A DNA stretch of 63,854 nucleotides, the filler included, from Welwitschia mirabilis (taxonomy: Eukaryota), in NCBI GenBank assembly GCA_051453625.1. It is 5 parts of one record of this genome, joined end to end, with 100 filler letters (N's around TTAATTAATTAA, not from the genome) between each part and the next. Parts side by side here need not be neighbours in the genome. Positions count along the whole stretch, not along the records: positions 1 to 15,799 come from JBOZIK010000001.1; 4 more parts are not named here. The stretch is one strand, 5' to 3'. Positions 1-13,815 of the stretch are shown here, piece after piece (position 1 is the stretch's first letter; each line of letters begins with the position of its first letter). The notes under the pieces were generated by a model. The model saw nothing but the letters and a program-made list of their open reading frames with translations. It ran no database searches and had not been told where the DNA came from. Made by a program: the position numbers and the translations under genes.

Positions 1-697
1 GAGACACAGCCTAACATCAAGGAAACCCCTTTCTGCAGCTACTAGATGGACCTCCTGCTTTCAAGCTTTCATCACAAGCATATCAAGTATAAAAGATGGT
101 CGGAATTAAAGGAGGAAAGGGGTATTTATAGTTTTAAAATGAACCATAATCCTAAACGTCCGTTAAGAAAATCGTAGCTGCTCACATGGGTTGCTTGACC
201 CCATTTAAAATAGTATTTATTGTAGATATGTAAAATCAGTTATTATCCTATTCATTATCCACATGACAGTGGGGACGATGCCGCCTTCTTGCCTTAGGTT
301 ATGTGCCCATATGATACCATTAGCCCCATGGGTTGTGATCACATGTTACCTATGTGGTCATCCTATATATAGTCCAAATGACATGGTGGATGATGCTCTT
401 TCATCATGTCCACATAATAATTGATTGTCCCATCTATCATGGGGATAACAGTGGGGATGACACTCTTCCTAAGCTCCTCAAGTAGCATAAATTGGTCTTC
501 TTTACCTTTAGTCCTCTTTCATTATGCTGAGTATCATATCATTCCTGAAATACCTTCAATTATGTCAAGAATTACATGTTTTCATGATCATCTTATCGTC
601 TCTCCATAATCAGCAGAATTATATCTAAACCTGTATAAATGTCCTACAAAAGTACTACAAATACACCATCAAATTCCTACAAATTGGCATCGCAACA
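1..697 (-). mobile_element. Partial LTR of Athila-like family A (runs off the left edge of the window)
   Basis: Ends ...caaattggcatcgcaaca (minus strand begins TGTTGCGATGCCAATTTG), matching the termini at 39779, 48013 and 59239. Bases 1-130 resemble 57960-58090. Confidence 0.75.
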
Positions 698-1399
698 AGA
701 CCCATGCTCTTTATCACCAACTTATTATCAAAGCCCAAACTAAATATGGCTATGATAACCACATTATTCATAAAATTTTTTAACCTAGCTAGTATGTACT
801 ATTCTTTAATACTAAAGTTTATTTAATTCATAACAAACTAACTTCTAGATGTTTAGTTTCTTATTTAGTAAAGAAAGTGCATTCAAGTGGCTTTGTTAAG
901 ATTTTTAACCTAAAAACTAAAGAGAAAATGAAATTGAATGGACAATGATTAAAGCTTTATCAATTACCTAATGATTGTTTTGATATCATTAATATCATAG
1001 AAGCAATTGAATTAGGTGATTCTCTTCTTAACGAAGGATCCTCCTTTCATCATTGTCTAAATGTTTTCTTAACTTGACCCATTTTGTTTATTCTTCATGC
1101 TAATCAATCATTTATGACATTGCCATTACTTCATCATTATGATTCATGGAGCTCTAATGATTGATGAACTTAACTCTTATTTAAATTCAAGGTATTCAAA
1201 TTACTATGAACTTCTTATTCTTCTTCTAAAAGAGCTCTAATTTTTGATAAGTATTCATAATTAGATGTTTGTCATCCAATTCCAAGAAGTTATTCAAACA
1301 TTTAGTAAGTGTTACCATATGTAAAATTAATCAATATCAAATACCTTATGAAATTATTACATTTCAAAAGAGATAAAAAAAAGAACAATTAATGAGTAT

Positions 1400-4030
1400 G
1401 ATTCCATGATGTTTTAAGGCAAGCATACTAGAGGAATAATTGGCCTTAAGATCCACTCTTTCTTAGCAATACAATATAGTATCTATGGAGACTTCACTAG
1501 GAGGACATTTGATTATGATTGATTTATATCTTATGGATACCTTCTCCTTTGGTGGTGGATGCACTTCTCTCATCATAAAAAATAGTGTCTTTAAATACTA
1601 CTTAATAATTCACTTGTGTAATTACATTGTTAACCTTAATAAAAGGAGAACTTACGAGTTGGCATGTCTAATATATTAGATAAAGAGAGGATTATAATAT
1701 CTAAGATACCTCTTTTATTAATGCTTATTGACTATCTAATTCATAATCACTTGATCACTTATTAATTCATCATTATAAGCATTATATCATACCTCATCCA
1801 TGTTGGATAGTATGTTGATGATTTGAGATGAGTCTCATTACATTATCATCTAAGATAGAATGGTCAACCTTCTGCATGTTACCTGTGTCTATACTTTTCA
1901 TTTCTCAATAGTGGTTCAATCAATTTCTCAAAGTCAAACCACACTTTTCTCTTATTTATACATGAGTTCTAGCTATTAGGTAGGATAAGTTATCTATCAT
2001 AAACTTTATAAATTTTATATTTAAATTACTAGCCTTAATTTTACTATGCAGTTATGATGATATTTCTTATAGTCTATTTTATAATACACTCTTACATCCT
2101 TACATTAACTTTTGGCTTTACCATTCCACTCTTAAAGGCCCACTTAATCAACATTTGGACACTTAAATTTCTTTGTAATAATTATAGTCATGTTTACATT
2201 AATCTTTCATGTTTATATTTAGCATTCCACTGCCATGTGCTTCTTTATGATCTTTCACTTTTATTTTTCTTTGTTGTAATAATTATTATTTTTCTACCAA
2301 TTTGTGGTCATTTGATGGGATTTTATGAGTTATTTTGCAAGACATTTATACAGGTTAAGTGCAATTCTGAGGATTTTTGAGAAATGATAAAAAATATTGG
2401 AANNNNNNNNNNNNNNNNNNNNNNNNNNNNNNNNNNNNNNNNNNNNNNNNNNNNNNNNNNNNNNNNNNNNNNNNNNNNNNNNNNNNNNNNNNNNNNNNNN
2501 NNTTATTATTGTTCTACCAATTTGTGGTCATTTGATGGGATTTTATGAGTTGTTTTGCAAGACATTTATATAGGTTAAGTGCAATTCTGAGGATTTTTGA
2601 GAAATGATAAAAAATATTGGAAATGTGTAATTCTTACCCAGTTTTGATATATTAAAGGCATATTCTGATGCATAGAGATTTGAAGAAGGATTATTGATAA
2701 AAATGGTAGATTTATTCTTAAGAAAATAATCAAAAAATACTGCCATCCCCTCCATCATCCCCACAACAAGCAAGACAATGACTGCTATTGTGGACTACTA
2801 AATCATTGCTAAGTCATTGTTCTGAGTCATCTTTTATAATGTGCTATTATCCTCATTATTGTCTGGATGATAGTCAAGATGACACTAACATGTAGCTGAC
2901 TCTAATAGCGACCTTGACCATTTCATCTGTTTCATTTATTAGCGCACATAGTCGCACCTATCATTTATCTTTTTCTACTATGAGTTGTTATAAATAAACT
3001 AATGTTTGAATCTCCTTCTCATCTTTGTTATATCAAAAATTCTCATGATAGGAGATCGAAGGGTGGGAGATTCATCTTGAGCATTGCAGAATGATGTGTA
3101 CTTGGTGGAGGGCTATGTATCCTCCATTGAGACCCAACTATTTTGTAACTAAGATTCTTGTTACTCTTTCTCAATATAAACTTTGTTTTATTTTCATATT
3201 TGTATTGTAGATTTTCTAATGATCCTTATAATCTATGTTGCCCTTAATCTAATGATAATTTCTTAGGTGATATAAATTATCAAGGACAGCCTTTGTTAAG
3301 GTTGAAATCAAGTAGGGTTAGTTAATTTCACATTTGCATTTAGGATAGTTGAATCTTGCATTGTTCATTGTACTATATTTCTTTGCATTTCTTATTTATT
3401 TTTGGTTCTTATATTCTTTTACAAAGTAACCTAACTCTCATCTCATAGACTTCAACGTGAACACGACATTTTAGGTCTATTCCCACTCATACTAGTGTGA
3501 TATATTATGTAAGATATCTATTTTGGTTGTCATTAAATGTAAAAACTTACATAAATACACACTGCAATAATTATCATAGCATCCCATAATATTAGGGCAT
3601 GACATGAAATTTTAGATTTAGGGAAACTTAGTATCAAGACCATTGTCCTCATCTAGAATACGCCCCCTTCTACAAAAGCATTAAGATTTTGATGCTCCTA
3701 TATGCTCTTATGGTAAAAAATACTAAACTCCACTGGGATACACTAATGGTCATTATCAAATTTGATTTATCTTATACTTGGACATTACATCACTTTCATT
3801 AGGTATCTAACTAAGTATACATATAGAATGCATATTTTTCTACTTAAAACTATCCTAATTTGGCTATTGTTTTAATTTACCATCCTTATCATTCTAGACA
3901 TAACTGAACATCTAGAAATCAGCAAGCAAGATAAGTCTTCTCATACAATTTATTTAGGCTATCATATCTTACATTTTGATAAGTATATGCCTTTTGAACC
4001 CTAAGTTTATTTGACATTAAATATCATATC
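1400..4030 (+). pseudogene. Highly degenerate Ty3/gypsy pol (RT to RNase H), Tat/Ogre-like, interrupted by a solo LTR
   Basis: Collinear decayed motifs: NWP*DPLF (~1438; cf. CPKDPFPLP), LMDTFS (~1531; cf. FMDAFSGY), YVDDL (1811-1825), LGKLS (~3618) and MVKNTKLHWD (~3710). Many stops and frameshifts. Confidence 0.55.
2287..3569 (+). mobile_element. Solo LTR of Athila-like family A with 5-bp TSD ATTAT
   Basis: Starts tatt(t/g)ttctaccaatttg and ends tacacactgcaata (decayed TG...CA). Homologous to the reverse complement of 47000-48013 and 38554-39779. Flanks 2282-2286 and 3570-3574 are both ATTAT. The first ~120 bp is repeated across the gap. Confidence 0.8.
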
Positions 4031-4479
4031 ATTTCCTACATCATCCATACAATAATCGCTAGAAAACCTATGTACTATACTCTTGGAAATTTTATATGGT
4101 CATGGCCTATAGCATCCTGATGATCTCTACTAGGATACTTATGCACTATACTCTTAGGAATATTGTATGATTGTGGTGTATATTATTCATGAGCTAGTTG
4201 TAACCATAGCTAGCAATGCCACATGTTGTCCTAATGATACATGGGATAACACATTAATATAAATATTTAAAAGGAAAATCTTTCATTATTTCTCCTCTAA
4301 TTTTTTTCTACTTGCATGCTCTAGTTTCTCATCAGTTTCACTATCATTCTTAGCTCATGTTCTCATCATTTTCCATCTAGTTAATATTAATTAACAATCA
4401 TGAAGTATAATTTTCATACTTTGTACATATTTCTTCTCACATTTTGCTTATATACTTCATATTAGATTAAATTGAGTAA

Positions 4480-6060
4480 TTCCCTTAGAAACACATTTTT
4501 TGTTTTTTTTTGCTTGATTTGCATTGATAAACTTACAAAATTGAATCTCATGAACTAGTTTAGTAGATATTGGTATTTCCTCCTAAAAGTCCACTTTTTC
4601 ATTATTTTGGATTTTTTTTGGGCCTTTATGCACTTAATTTATGGTTATTCTTAGCATATCAAGTGTCAAAACAATCCTTATCTCATTAGCTATATTTTGG
4701 GTTTTGCAAGGCATCATTTGGTTATTTAGTCCATGTGTTTTGAGCATTTTTTACTATTCAATATATAAAATAATGCCTAATTTGTATGCCTCTCTTCATA
4801 TAGTGGTATAAGGGGTTTCCCGTCATGACCTCACACTTGTTCCATTACTATTCATGAGGTAGAAAGAAGGGAACATAAAGACTTTATGCAAGATAAGAGG
4901 CATAACCTTGCTTCTACCATATATCAAAGGAAGATGCATTTTAAATACTACTTAGAAAGGCTAGAGGATAATTTATATAATGTGTTGGTGAAACTTCCCA
5001 TTCATGGATGGCTATTACATGTCCATGGCTCCTATTTTGAGGGCTAGATCATATAGTTCTATGAGGATTTTTAGGTACTATTAGACGATGGATTACATCA
5101 TGAGAAAATCAGAGCCATAGTGAAGGCTGCCGTATATACATAAAGCCACAACACATTGTAGTGGTGATAAGCCTTTCTACAAATGGAGAGAAAGTCAATC
5201 TTATAAGGGGTAAATGGAGAGAAAGTCAATCTTATAAGGGCTAAAACTAAGAGGAGGACATCTGTACTTACTTTAGAGTTATCTCCATGTATAGATGATG
5301 AACAACAAGGGGTGGTAGTCATATATTTGCCTCAGCACTATTGAATTCTTTATATTGCTATTATTTATAACATTTTCCTTATTCATCATAAGTTACATGT
5401 CATAATATCCCATCTTCAGATTTTGTCTCTTATCCATAGAGTGAAGAGGATGGATCTTCCCACCTTTATTTAGCATCAAATTTAATGGTTGATCACCCAA
5501 TATGGATTTTCTATCCTTTTCTATTCTTATTTATTAGGTGTTTTATTTATATGTTTTGATTACCATCTTATTAAAACACCTTCCATTCTATCCAACTTTT
5601 AGTAGATGATACTTATTTTAGAAGGCTTGTGATTAAGATTTTAGATATGATACCATTAGCTCTTAGAGAGGCCCCAATAGCACACCCACCTCTTCCTTGT
5701 CCAAAGCAACCAAAGGTAGTAAAAGACATCTCATTCAAGTAGCTTAAAGCTCTACTTAGAGGCATGAAGCAGAGAGTCTCTTCCTAGATCACTGATTTAT
5801 ATTTTTTCTGCATCTCTTTCTTTTACTAGTAAGCTGCATGTATTCAGATGTTAGAGAAGTAGTTATAGGAGGCACGGGAGATTTCTAGAGCTACCTTAGA
5901 AAATGTGACTAAGTTCTATGAAGATACTTTAGTGGATATTCTAGAGATGATTAGAGTACATCATGAGAATATCACCTCTACTTTATGGGATTACATCTTC
6001 CATTACTTCCTAGATATGGAGGAGTCCATCATTGAGCCTCTTATGGAGCCAACCCAAGTA
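4480..6060 (+). repeat. Dispersed repeat copy 1: probable retrotransposon post-pol region with a decayed extra ORF
   Basis: Collinear similarity to 59300-61490. Examples: 5921-6050 'agatactttagtggatatt...cattacttcctagatatggaggag' vs 61361-61490, and 4900-4965 vs 59716-59780. Confidence 0.7.
5181..5240. repeat. Perfect short tandem duplication (31-bp period)
   Basis: aaatggagagaaagtcaatcttataaggg occurs at 5181 and again at 5212. Confidence 0.9.
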
Positions 6061-6520
6061 AGATTGCATGTATATTGAGTTTTGATCCTTCCCACATTGG
6101 GATCCATGATTTTCTTCTTATATCTATTTTTGATATGATGGTACTAATTCACGTGTTATCTATTTGTGTTTAGTGGAGTTTTAGCTTATTTAAGACATTA
6201 CTCAAACTTATGAGCACTAATCCATTTTACATATTTTCATGTTGGCTCACTTTAATTCATTCTTACTTCTGCTTTTTTTGGATTATATTGTTTAGCTAAG
6301 ATGTTTTAATTGGATATAAGAGCAAATTTTTCCAAAAAAAAAAAAGGAAAATGTTAATCTTTACTTAAGTGTTGTCATGGCCATAGCCATTCCCATGACA
6401 TGGCCCATGACACTCTCACACTTAATAGTTATCTTTATGCATTAATTTCATAAGAATATTAAATAGGCCAACCTGACATTACTCTTTAAAAGTTATTCTT
6501 TTGTGTCTCTAGAATATAGT

Positions 6521-7754
6521 TTATTATAGCTTTGTACTAATATATATTTATTTGCATTTATATTTATAATCGTTCTTCCATAGGGATATATGTTGTAACT
6601 TTTATAAAAAGAATACAATTATTACAACTTTCAATGGAATGTTTAAAAAAACTAAAAATTAGAAAGTTAAAAAGAAGATGATCTTCAATAGATGATGCAA
6701 GGGAGCAAAAATGCTCTATAGATCCAATTAATTCATGCTTTTCTTCATCTTTGCTTTAATGATTCCTGTATCTTGAACTTAACAATTAAGTGAGATCCAC
6801 CTAAAAATTGCTAACACCAAAAGATGATGAAATAATATTGAAAGAATAAAACCAACTTAGAATTAGTCCTACCTAAATATTGCTAATTCCAAATGAAATG
6901 TGCAATAATAATAAAAGGTTTTAAACTAGTTATTATATTAAAATCTAAAATAAATATACATTACATTAATTAAGGGGAAGAAGAAGAAGAACTTATTGAC
7001 TTACCTTAAATCATTCTGCCCACAAGAAAGATGATTAGAGCACCATCATATCCTGGTCTCTAAGTCTTTCCCACATTAAGCCAACCAAAATATCCATTAC
7101 AATGAGGGCTTAAGGCCTTTTCATATATGATAGAAGACTTGTAATATAAGTTATGATTGTGTTACATAAGGAAGGTTACTTAAGGATGGATACATAAGGT
7201 GGAAGTTATAAATATTTAGCATATAGCCCCAAATATGATTCCTTTATCTTCTAGTATAGACATGGTAATGACATGTCTTGTGAATACTAATAATGCTATA
7301 AATAGATTTCATGTCATGTTTCTTTCACATAACCGTCCTCATTATCACTACATGTTACTACATCATGTCATCTTATACTTTTACCATGTGTCATGAGGTT
7401 TATAGATTTATTCAAGATGAATTATAACTTAGCCTATAAGGGTAATGTGATTATTTCCTCAAATAGATTTATAAATGTAAGTTTTACAACAATTTATTTT
7501 AAAAGGAATATGGCATCAATAGTCTTGGTGGGTGGTGCTAGCATTTGGTGCTGCAATTTGGTTAATTTATGCACAGTTTTTCTAAAGTCCATGATATACC
7601 TACACATATTAAAGAAAGTCCATAATCTCATGCAAAAGTAATAAAAAGGGAATAAAACATTAATATGTGATAAAAATAATGTATTTTAATGTTTCTCCCT
7701 ATGCTAATTTAATCAATTATACTTGCTTATAATGTCAAATTTTACATGCAAACA
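6521..7754 (-). repeat. 3' LTR of element 6521-12694
   Basis: Minus strand begins TGTTTGCATG at 7754; aligns throughout with 11359-12694. Confidence 0.85.
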
Positions 7755-10700
7755 CATCCCATAACTAGTCTTTTGCTAGTTCCTTAGTAACAAGGTAATA
7801 GAGAAATAGTGACATGGAAAAATTAACTAAGTGAAAATGGCAAGTAAGAAAATGGTACGACATTTTTGAAAACTTTTGGTTAATTTTTAATGATTAATAA
7901 ATCAAATATAAAATAATTTTTATAAAACTAGACATCATACCCCCTAATCAAAATTAAACTTTATCCTCAAAGTTATGAAGATAGGAACTTGTACAAGGCT
8001 TTTAAGAGTAAGTTAATTACAAAATAATAGCACATGATAATGATGTAAGTATTTAGGGGAAATCATAATGCAATTCTAAAACTAAAATGCAATCTTTAGG
8101 ATGTAACATAATGGAAAACCATCATCTATAAATTCAAAAGGTAGATTACCTAGATTATCTAATGGAAACTCATCACCTGCTAATTTTATTTTGAATTTAA
8201 AATGTTTCACATTATTAAGCAAATAAGACATCCTATAAGTAATCATGCAAGTCATTAAAAATTGGTTAAGCAAAATCTCTAAATATACAAGTTAAGAAAA
8301 GTAAACACAAGAGCATTTTCCAATTCCACATTTTTCATTCCAATTTACATTTTTCTACAATCATGCTTTGTTTCTTGTTTTAAGCATTTTGATCTAACTA
8401 TTATAACATCTCCTTCCAATAGAGTTAAATATGTTAATTTATGATGGAGTTAGTTCTACATTGCTAGTGAGCATTTATAGCCCTAATTTTTGATTGATTA
8501 ATAATTAATATACTTTTGGATAGGATGTATTTCATTTTTATTTTAATCATCCTTTCCATATTCAATACATTTTTATGCACATAACGTAATCATTAGTTCA
8601 TTAGCCTAATCAAGACCAATCTTATCCTTATAAAATGCTTTAAAAATAACTAGCTTAGCATAAAAGTGGATTTCACATTAATTCAACCATATTTTTCAAT
8701 TGGAAGATCTTAAGTGAAACTAACTTTAACATACTAACTTAAAACTAATAAAAACCCTTTTCTTAAAAACTATAATTAAACTTAGTTTCTACATAATTTA
8801 TAATAATAATATAATAACTTATTAGTAGTTTATTCCATTAACAGTCATGAACTAGGATCATCTAACCTTAAGAGCTTATGGATAGATGGAAGGAAATGGT
8901 GATTAATAATATTTATTAGACAGAGTAAAAATGAAAGGAATGGAAAATGGATTTTAAGGTAATAATGATTTATTAAATGATAAGGGAGAAATTTGAGGTT
9001 TCCTATCTAAAAATGTTTAAGGTAATGATTATACAGGTAGAAGTTCTTAGGTAGTTTAAGACATGAAAGGATATCAAGCATGAAATTTTTTTAGTAATTT
9101 TAATTTTTTAAAACAAAGTATATCCTAAAATAAAAATTTACTCTAAAAGAACAATCTAACTTAAATGTACATAAAGAAACTAAAAAAATTTTAAGGCATT
9201 TTTCAAGGTACTATATGTTTGAAAGATCATGTTAGTAAATGCAAAATTTAGATGATGAATCAAAATTATATAAAGAATTTAGTGATGAAGAGGATTTCAT
9301 AAACTTTTATACATGAAGCCATAAAAACTAGAAGAACATTAATGCTAGAAGTAAAATTAATACATTCGAAATAAAAAATTATTCATCTCATAGCCTATTT
9401 ATGTCTACTTAACAACTCATGTAAGACATCATTTTCAAGTGAAAACAAAGATGAATTAAAATGCATTAGAGATGAATTATTATCAAGAAAAGTATCATAA
9501 GATGGTTTTAAAGGTGTAAAGCATCTATCTTCATCATCAAGGTTTGAGTCTTACTTGAAAGATAAAAATGACATAACTGGTTCAACGTGTTATTAAGAAA
9601 ACAATTATGATGCTTCAAAGGATGGATCATGAAATGGATCTTGGTTAATGTTCTCTTCCTCATTAAAATTTTTAAGGGATTATTAGTTGCATAGGCAACA
9701 TTGGTTGTTTTCAATGTTGTTTACTTCATTATTATTATCTATTGATGTTTTATCTGATCTGTAGAAGTTTAATTTTTCATCTACCTTAAATTTTTATTCA
9801 ATCAATATAGATTGATTATTATTATATGTATCTAATACTACTCTAAAGTACAATCTAGATATACCTAATTGATGACTTTCTAAGTTATGTCTAAACTCAA
9901 GATTATTTTAGATTTCTTTGCTGGTGTTGTAGGCTTTTTTATTAATCCTAATGGATATGTTTTGAGTGTTATTAATGTTATTCTCATTAATTCCTTTAAG
10001 ATTTCCTAATTTCATAGGTTAATGGAATGTGGGGAGGCTTTATGATTTTTATTATTTATTAAGAGTGCTAAGGATTTGATCATTATTTTTTACCATTTGT
10101 TGAAGAAATTTCTTAAGATTTTTATTGGTTTTCTTAGTGGATTCTTGCAAAGATTGTGACTAAAGTTTAAGTGTGTTGGAAGAGGATTCAAATACACCTT
10201 ATAAAACTCTCTAAAAGATATATTTAAAGGGAGGTAAGGTGGTTTTTTATGTATATGAAGTTAATAAGTGGTGATCAAATGATGAAGGAAATTCAAAGGA
10301 AGATAAAGGGTAAGGGTTAAATGATGATAAATACAAAGCATAGGGTGAAAGATAAGGATCATGAGGAGTAAAGGAAGGCATTAGATCATACTCCTATGGG
10401 TTAATATATGGATTTTGAAATTCATAGTTATTAGGAGATTGATTCATATATGGATGGAGTTGAGGATACTCCTCAAAGATATGTTTAGGTTGATAGAAGT
10501 CCTCTATAGTGCATTTGGAGTACTTATCCTTCTAAAAGCTATAGGGGTAGATAGATCATTGATTAGAAGGTGTCTAAAATTCCAACTAATTAATAGGTCA
10601 TACTTTTTGGGATTTCCTTAGATTTTGATAAAGCTTGTAAATTGAAATAATTCAAAGAACTTGTAAAAGGTCTTATTTCAAGTATTGTAGTGTTTGGAAT

Positions 10701-11358
10701 AGAAAAGCTAGTAATACTAATTAGGCAAGGTGATGATGTTGGCTGATTTGAGTAGAAAGGTTTGGAAAAAAAGGTAGAGGATTTATTTAGTTCATGGAAA
10801 AGGTTTTAGTTTACAGGTCTGAGAAAAAGTAAATCAAAACCCAAAACATTTGAAACTTAAAAATTTGCAAGTATAGGAAAAATCATATACATTTTTAATT
10901 TTTCTTAAAATTTTTTAAAAAAAAGAAAACTATTAGAAATGAAAGGTTTATAAAGAATTTACAAAATTTCAAAAAAAATAAAATATATAAAATAAATTGT
11001 TAGAGTTTAGTTTAGTTTTACCCATAATCTTAGGTTCAGTTGCACTTGTAGAAAAGTTATGAGACCTACAACATAAAAAGTATCAAATATAAAAAATGAA
11101 TTTTAGATGTTAGATTAGATAATCAAACTCAATAATTTGGAGCAGTTTAGGTTTTAATAGAAATAAACTAGTACCTACCATTAGAAGGGGGAAAACACAT
11201 AATATAAAGAGAAAAAGACTAGTTAGGGTATCATTTGAAAGAAGGATCAGTATCCACCACTAGAGAAATAAAAACTAACTAAAAAAATTTAAGAAGAAAA
11301 TCATGCACTCTTAAAACAATTAACATGGCAATATATCTCTAGTAATAGTCCTGAAATC

Positions 11359-12694
11359 TAATTGTAGCTTTGTAGGAATCTATATTTATTTAATATTACA
11401 CTTAGAATCGTTCTTCTACAAGGATATATATATATATATATGGCAACTTAGGATGTATGTGGTAACTTTTACAAAAGGAACATTATTATTACAACTTACA
11501 ATGGAAACTCAAATAAAACTGAAAATTATAAATTTCAAGAAGAAGATGATATTTGGTAGATGACATATGGAAATGGAAATGCTTTAAGGATTTAATCAAT
11601 TCATGCTTCTCTCCATCTTTACTCTAATAATTCCTATATTATAAACTTAATAATTAAGTAAGTGCCACCTAAAAATTACTAATGTCAAATTATTATGTAA
11701 TAATAGTAAAAGAATGAAACTAACTTAGGATTATTTCTACTTAAATATTAGTAATGACAAATTAATATGTAACTATAATAAAAGGATTTAAAATAATTAT
11801 AGAACTAATCCTATCTAAATATTGCTAATACCAAATGAAATGTGCGATAACAATAAAAGGATTCAAACTAGTTCTTATATTAAAATTTGAAAGAAATATG
11901 CATTACATCAATTAAGAAGAAGAATAAGAAGAACTTCTCAACTAGCCTTAAATCATTCTGCTTCAAAACAAGATGATCAAAGCATCATGACATTCTAGTA
12001 TCTAAGTTTTTTCCATATTAAGATAATTAAAAATCCATTACAATGAGGAATCAGGGCCCTTTTATATATGAGGAAAGGCTTGAAGTCTAATTCATGATTA
12101 CATTTGATGATAGTTAAAAAAGGGAAATTACTTCAGGATGATTATATAAGAAAGAACTTATAAATATTTGGCATGTAGCCATAAAGATGATTCCTTTATT
12201 TTCTAATAAAACATTATGATGATGTGTCCTTTAACTACTGATGATGCTGTCAATGGATGCCATGTTATATTTCTTTCATGTGAATACCTTATTATTGCCA
12301 CGTCGTTGTGATGTGTTACCTTGTACTTTTATCATCTGTTATCAGGTTGAATATTTATCTAAGATTAATTATAACTTAGCCCATGAGTTTAATGTAATTA
12401 TTGCCCTAAATAGATTTAGGAACATGAGTTTTGAAGCAATTTAGCTCCAAAGGAAGGCAACACTGATATCTTGACTAACAACACTAGTGCTTGATGCTAG
12501 AATTTGGTCAGTTTATACACATTTTTTTCTAAAGGTTGTAATATATCTTCTGTTAAGAGAAGTCCATTATTTCATGAAAAGTAATAAAAGGATAAAAACC
12601 ATTAATATGTGATAAAACGATTATTTTAATATTTCTTCCTCATGAAATTTGATCAATTATACTTACTTATAATGCCAATTTGTAAATGAAAATA
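11359..12694 (-). repeat. 5' LTR of element 6521-12694
   Basis: Aligns with 6521-7754 and adjoins the PBS-like sequence. Carries an extra (TA)n-containing insert near 11425 and an extra ~72-bp subrepeat. Confidence 0.85.
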
Positions 12695-12796
12695 ATAGTA
12701 TCAATTTTATTTCTTCTCATGTTTGACAGATTGACATCACAAATTCATATTTTACTTTATTTGTTAAGGAATAAATAAAAAACTAGATGGGGGCTA

Positions 12797-13815
12797 TGTT
12801 ATGATATCAATTTATCATGTTTTAATAGTGTTTTTGAGAATATTTTCTAGGTAATGGAAATCTAATTCTACTGATTTCAAGGACTTCATAATCATTAATC
12901 AAGATGATTTAATTTTAAGATTAAACATCATATTTAGTTTTACCCTAGTATGAATTTCATCTCTGCTAAGGTAAGATTCAACTAGATGAAAAGAATTTCA
13001 AGAATTAAGGTGTCATTTCTAATGTCATTTCCATGATAACAGCCAAGGCGATGCTTATCATCTGAATTTAAATCTTAATAATATGATGATGTGGCAACTC
13101 TTGATTGGCTTTGGAGATCTATCATCCTCGTTGTCATCCTCATGATCATAGCAATTATAACAATAGCATAAATTCTCATTAACAAATTCATTTTGGATCT
13201 AGTTTTCACCTAAGGGTAACCCTTTCTATACCAATCCTTTAAAGCCATAACTTTCATTTAGAAATTATAAAATCCCCCATTTGACCTAATTTTCCCATCC
13301 TTTTTAGCTAGTAAGGAGTGATGATAATTGCATTTAAGAGGGTTAAAAATCTATTCCAGTGTTTAAAGGAGATACTTCTTGGTGTTGGGCTATGTTTCTA
13401 TTATTAAAAACTCACTTTTCATGTTGGTGATGATTTGTAAGAAATTTATATTAAATTATATGTTATATTCAATATCACTTTCTCTTTTGTCCCTTATAAT
13501 TTGTGTTTGATTTAATTAATTCTTTGAATAGATTAATTCTATTTTGATATAGTTAATAATAAATGAGTTGAGGTAATAACAACTCAGTAATTGATTATCA
13601 TGGGCTTGCACTTTCATTTTTTATTAGTTTGCATTTATCGTTATTTAGATTTCATTCTATTTTTCATTCCTTACATATTAAATTACAAGAAAATCAAAAA
13701 GTGTTTTGATATTTAGATGTAATGATATCATCACTCTAATTCTATTACTCTAATGGCATGTTAAACTTATGCTTTAAATTTATGACATCTTGGGTTAAAT
13801 TTTCCTTTACTAGCC
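12797..13815 (+). mobile_element. Diverged or truncated LTR related to family A
   Basis: Starts tgttatgatatcaatttat (cf. TGTTGTGCTATCAATTTG). The motif gacatcttgggtt...tactag at ~13784 resembles the family's distal LTR segment. No clear end or TSD. Confidence 0.5.

Larger units (their letters stand above)
6521..12694 (-). mobile_element. Complete non-autonomous LTR retrotransposon (Athila-like family B, LARD-type) with TSD ATAGT
   Basis: Direct repeats at 6521-7754 and 11359-12694. Flanks 6516-6520 and 12695-12699 are both ATAGT. A degenerate PBS lies at ~11337-11355 on the minus strand. No RT or integrase motif was recognised in the 3.6-kb interior. Confidence 0.85.

Noticed and set aside
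2054-2380. Hydrophobic ORFs resembling membrane proteins (also 20793-21026, 28563-28859 and 44395-44637)
   Set aside because: Expected by chance in T-rich repeat DNA; they cross element boundaries or lie within repeats.
2283-2622. Near-identical duplications flanking gaps (also 32076-32321, 36842-36995, 55722-56045 and 59838-60568)
   Set aside because: They sit exactly on both sides of N gaps with only a few mismatches; most likely unmerged contig or haplotype overlaps.
4069-4192. Two-copy ~70-bp degenerate repeat (tatg-actatactctt)
   Set aside because: Probably real but short and diverged; ordinary for a retroelement non-coding region.
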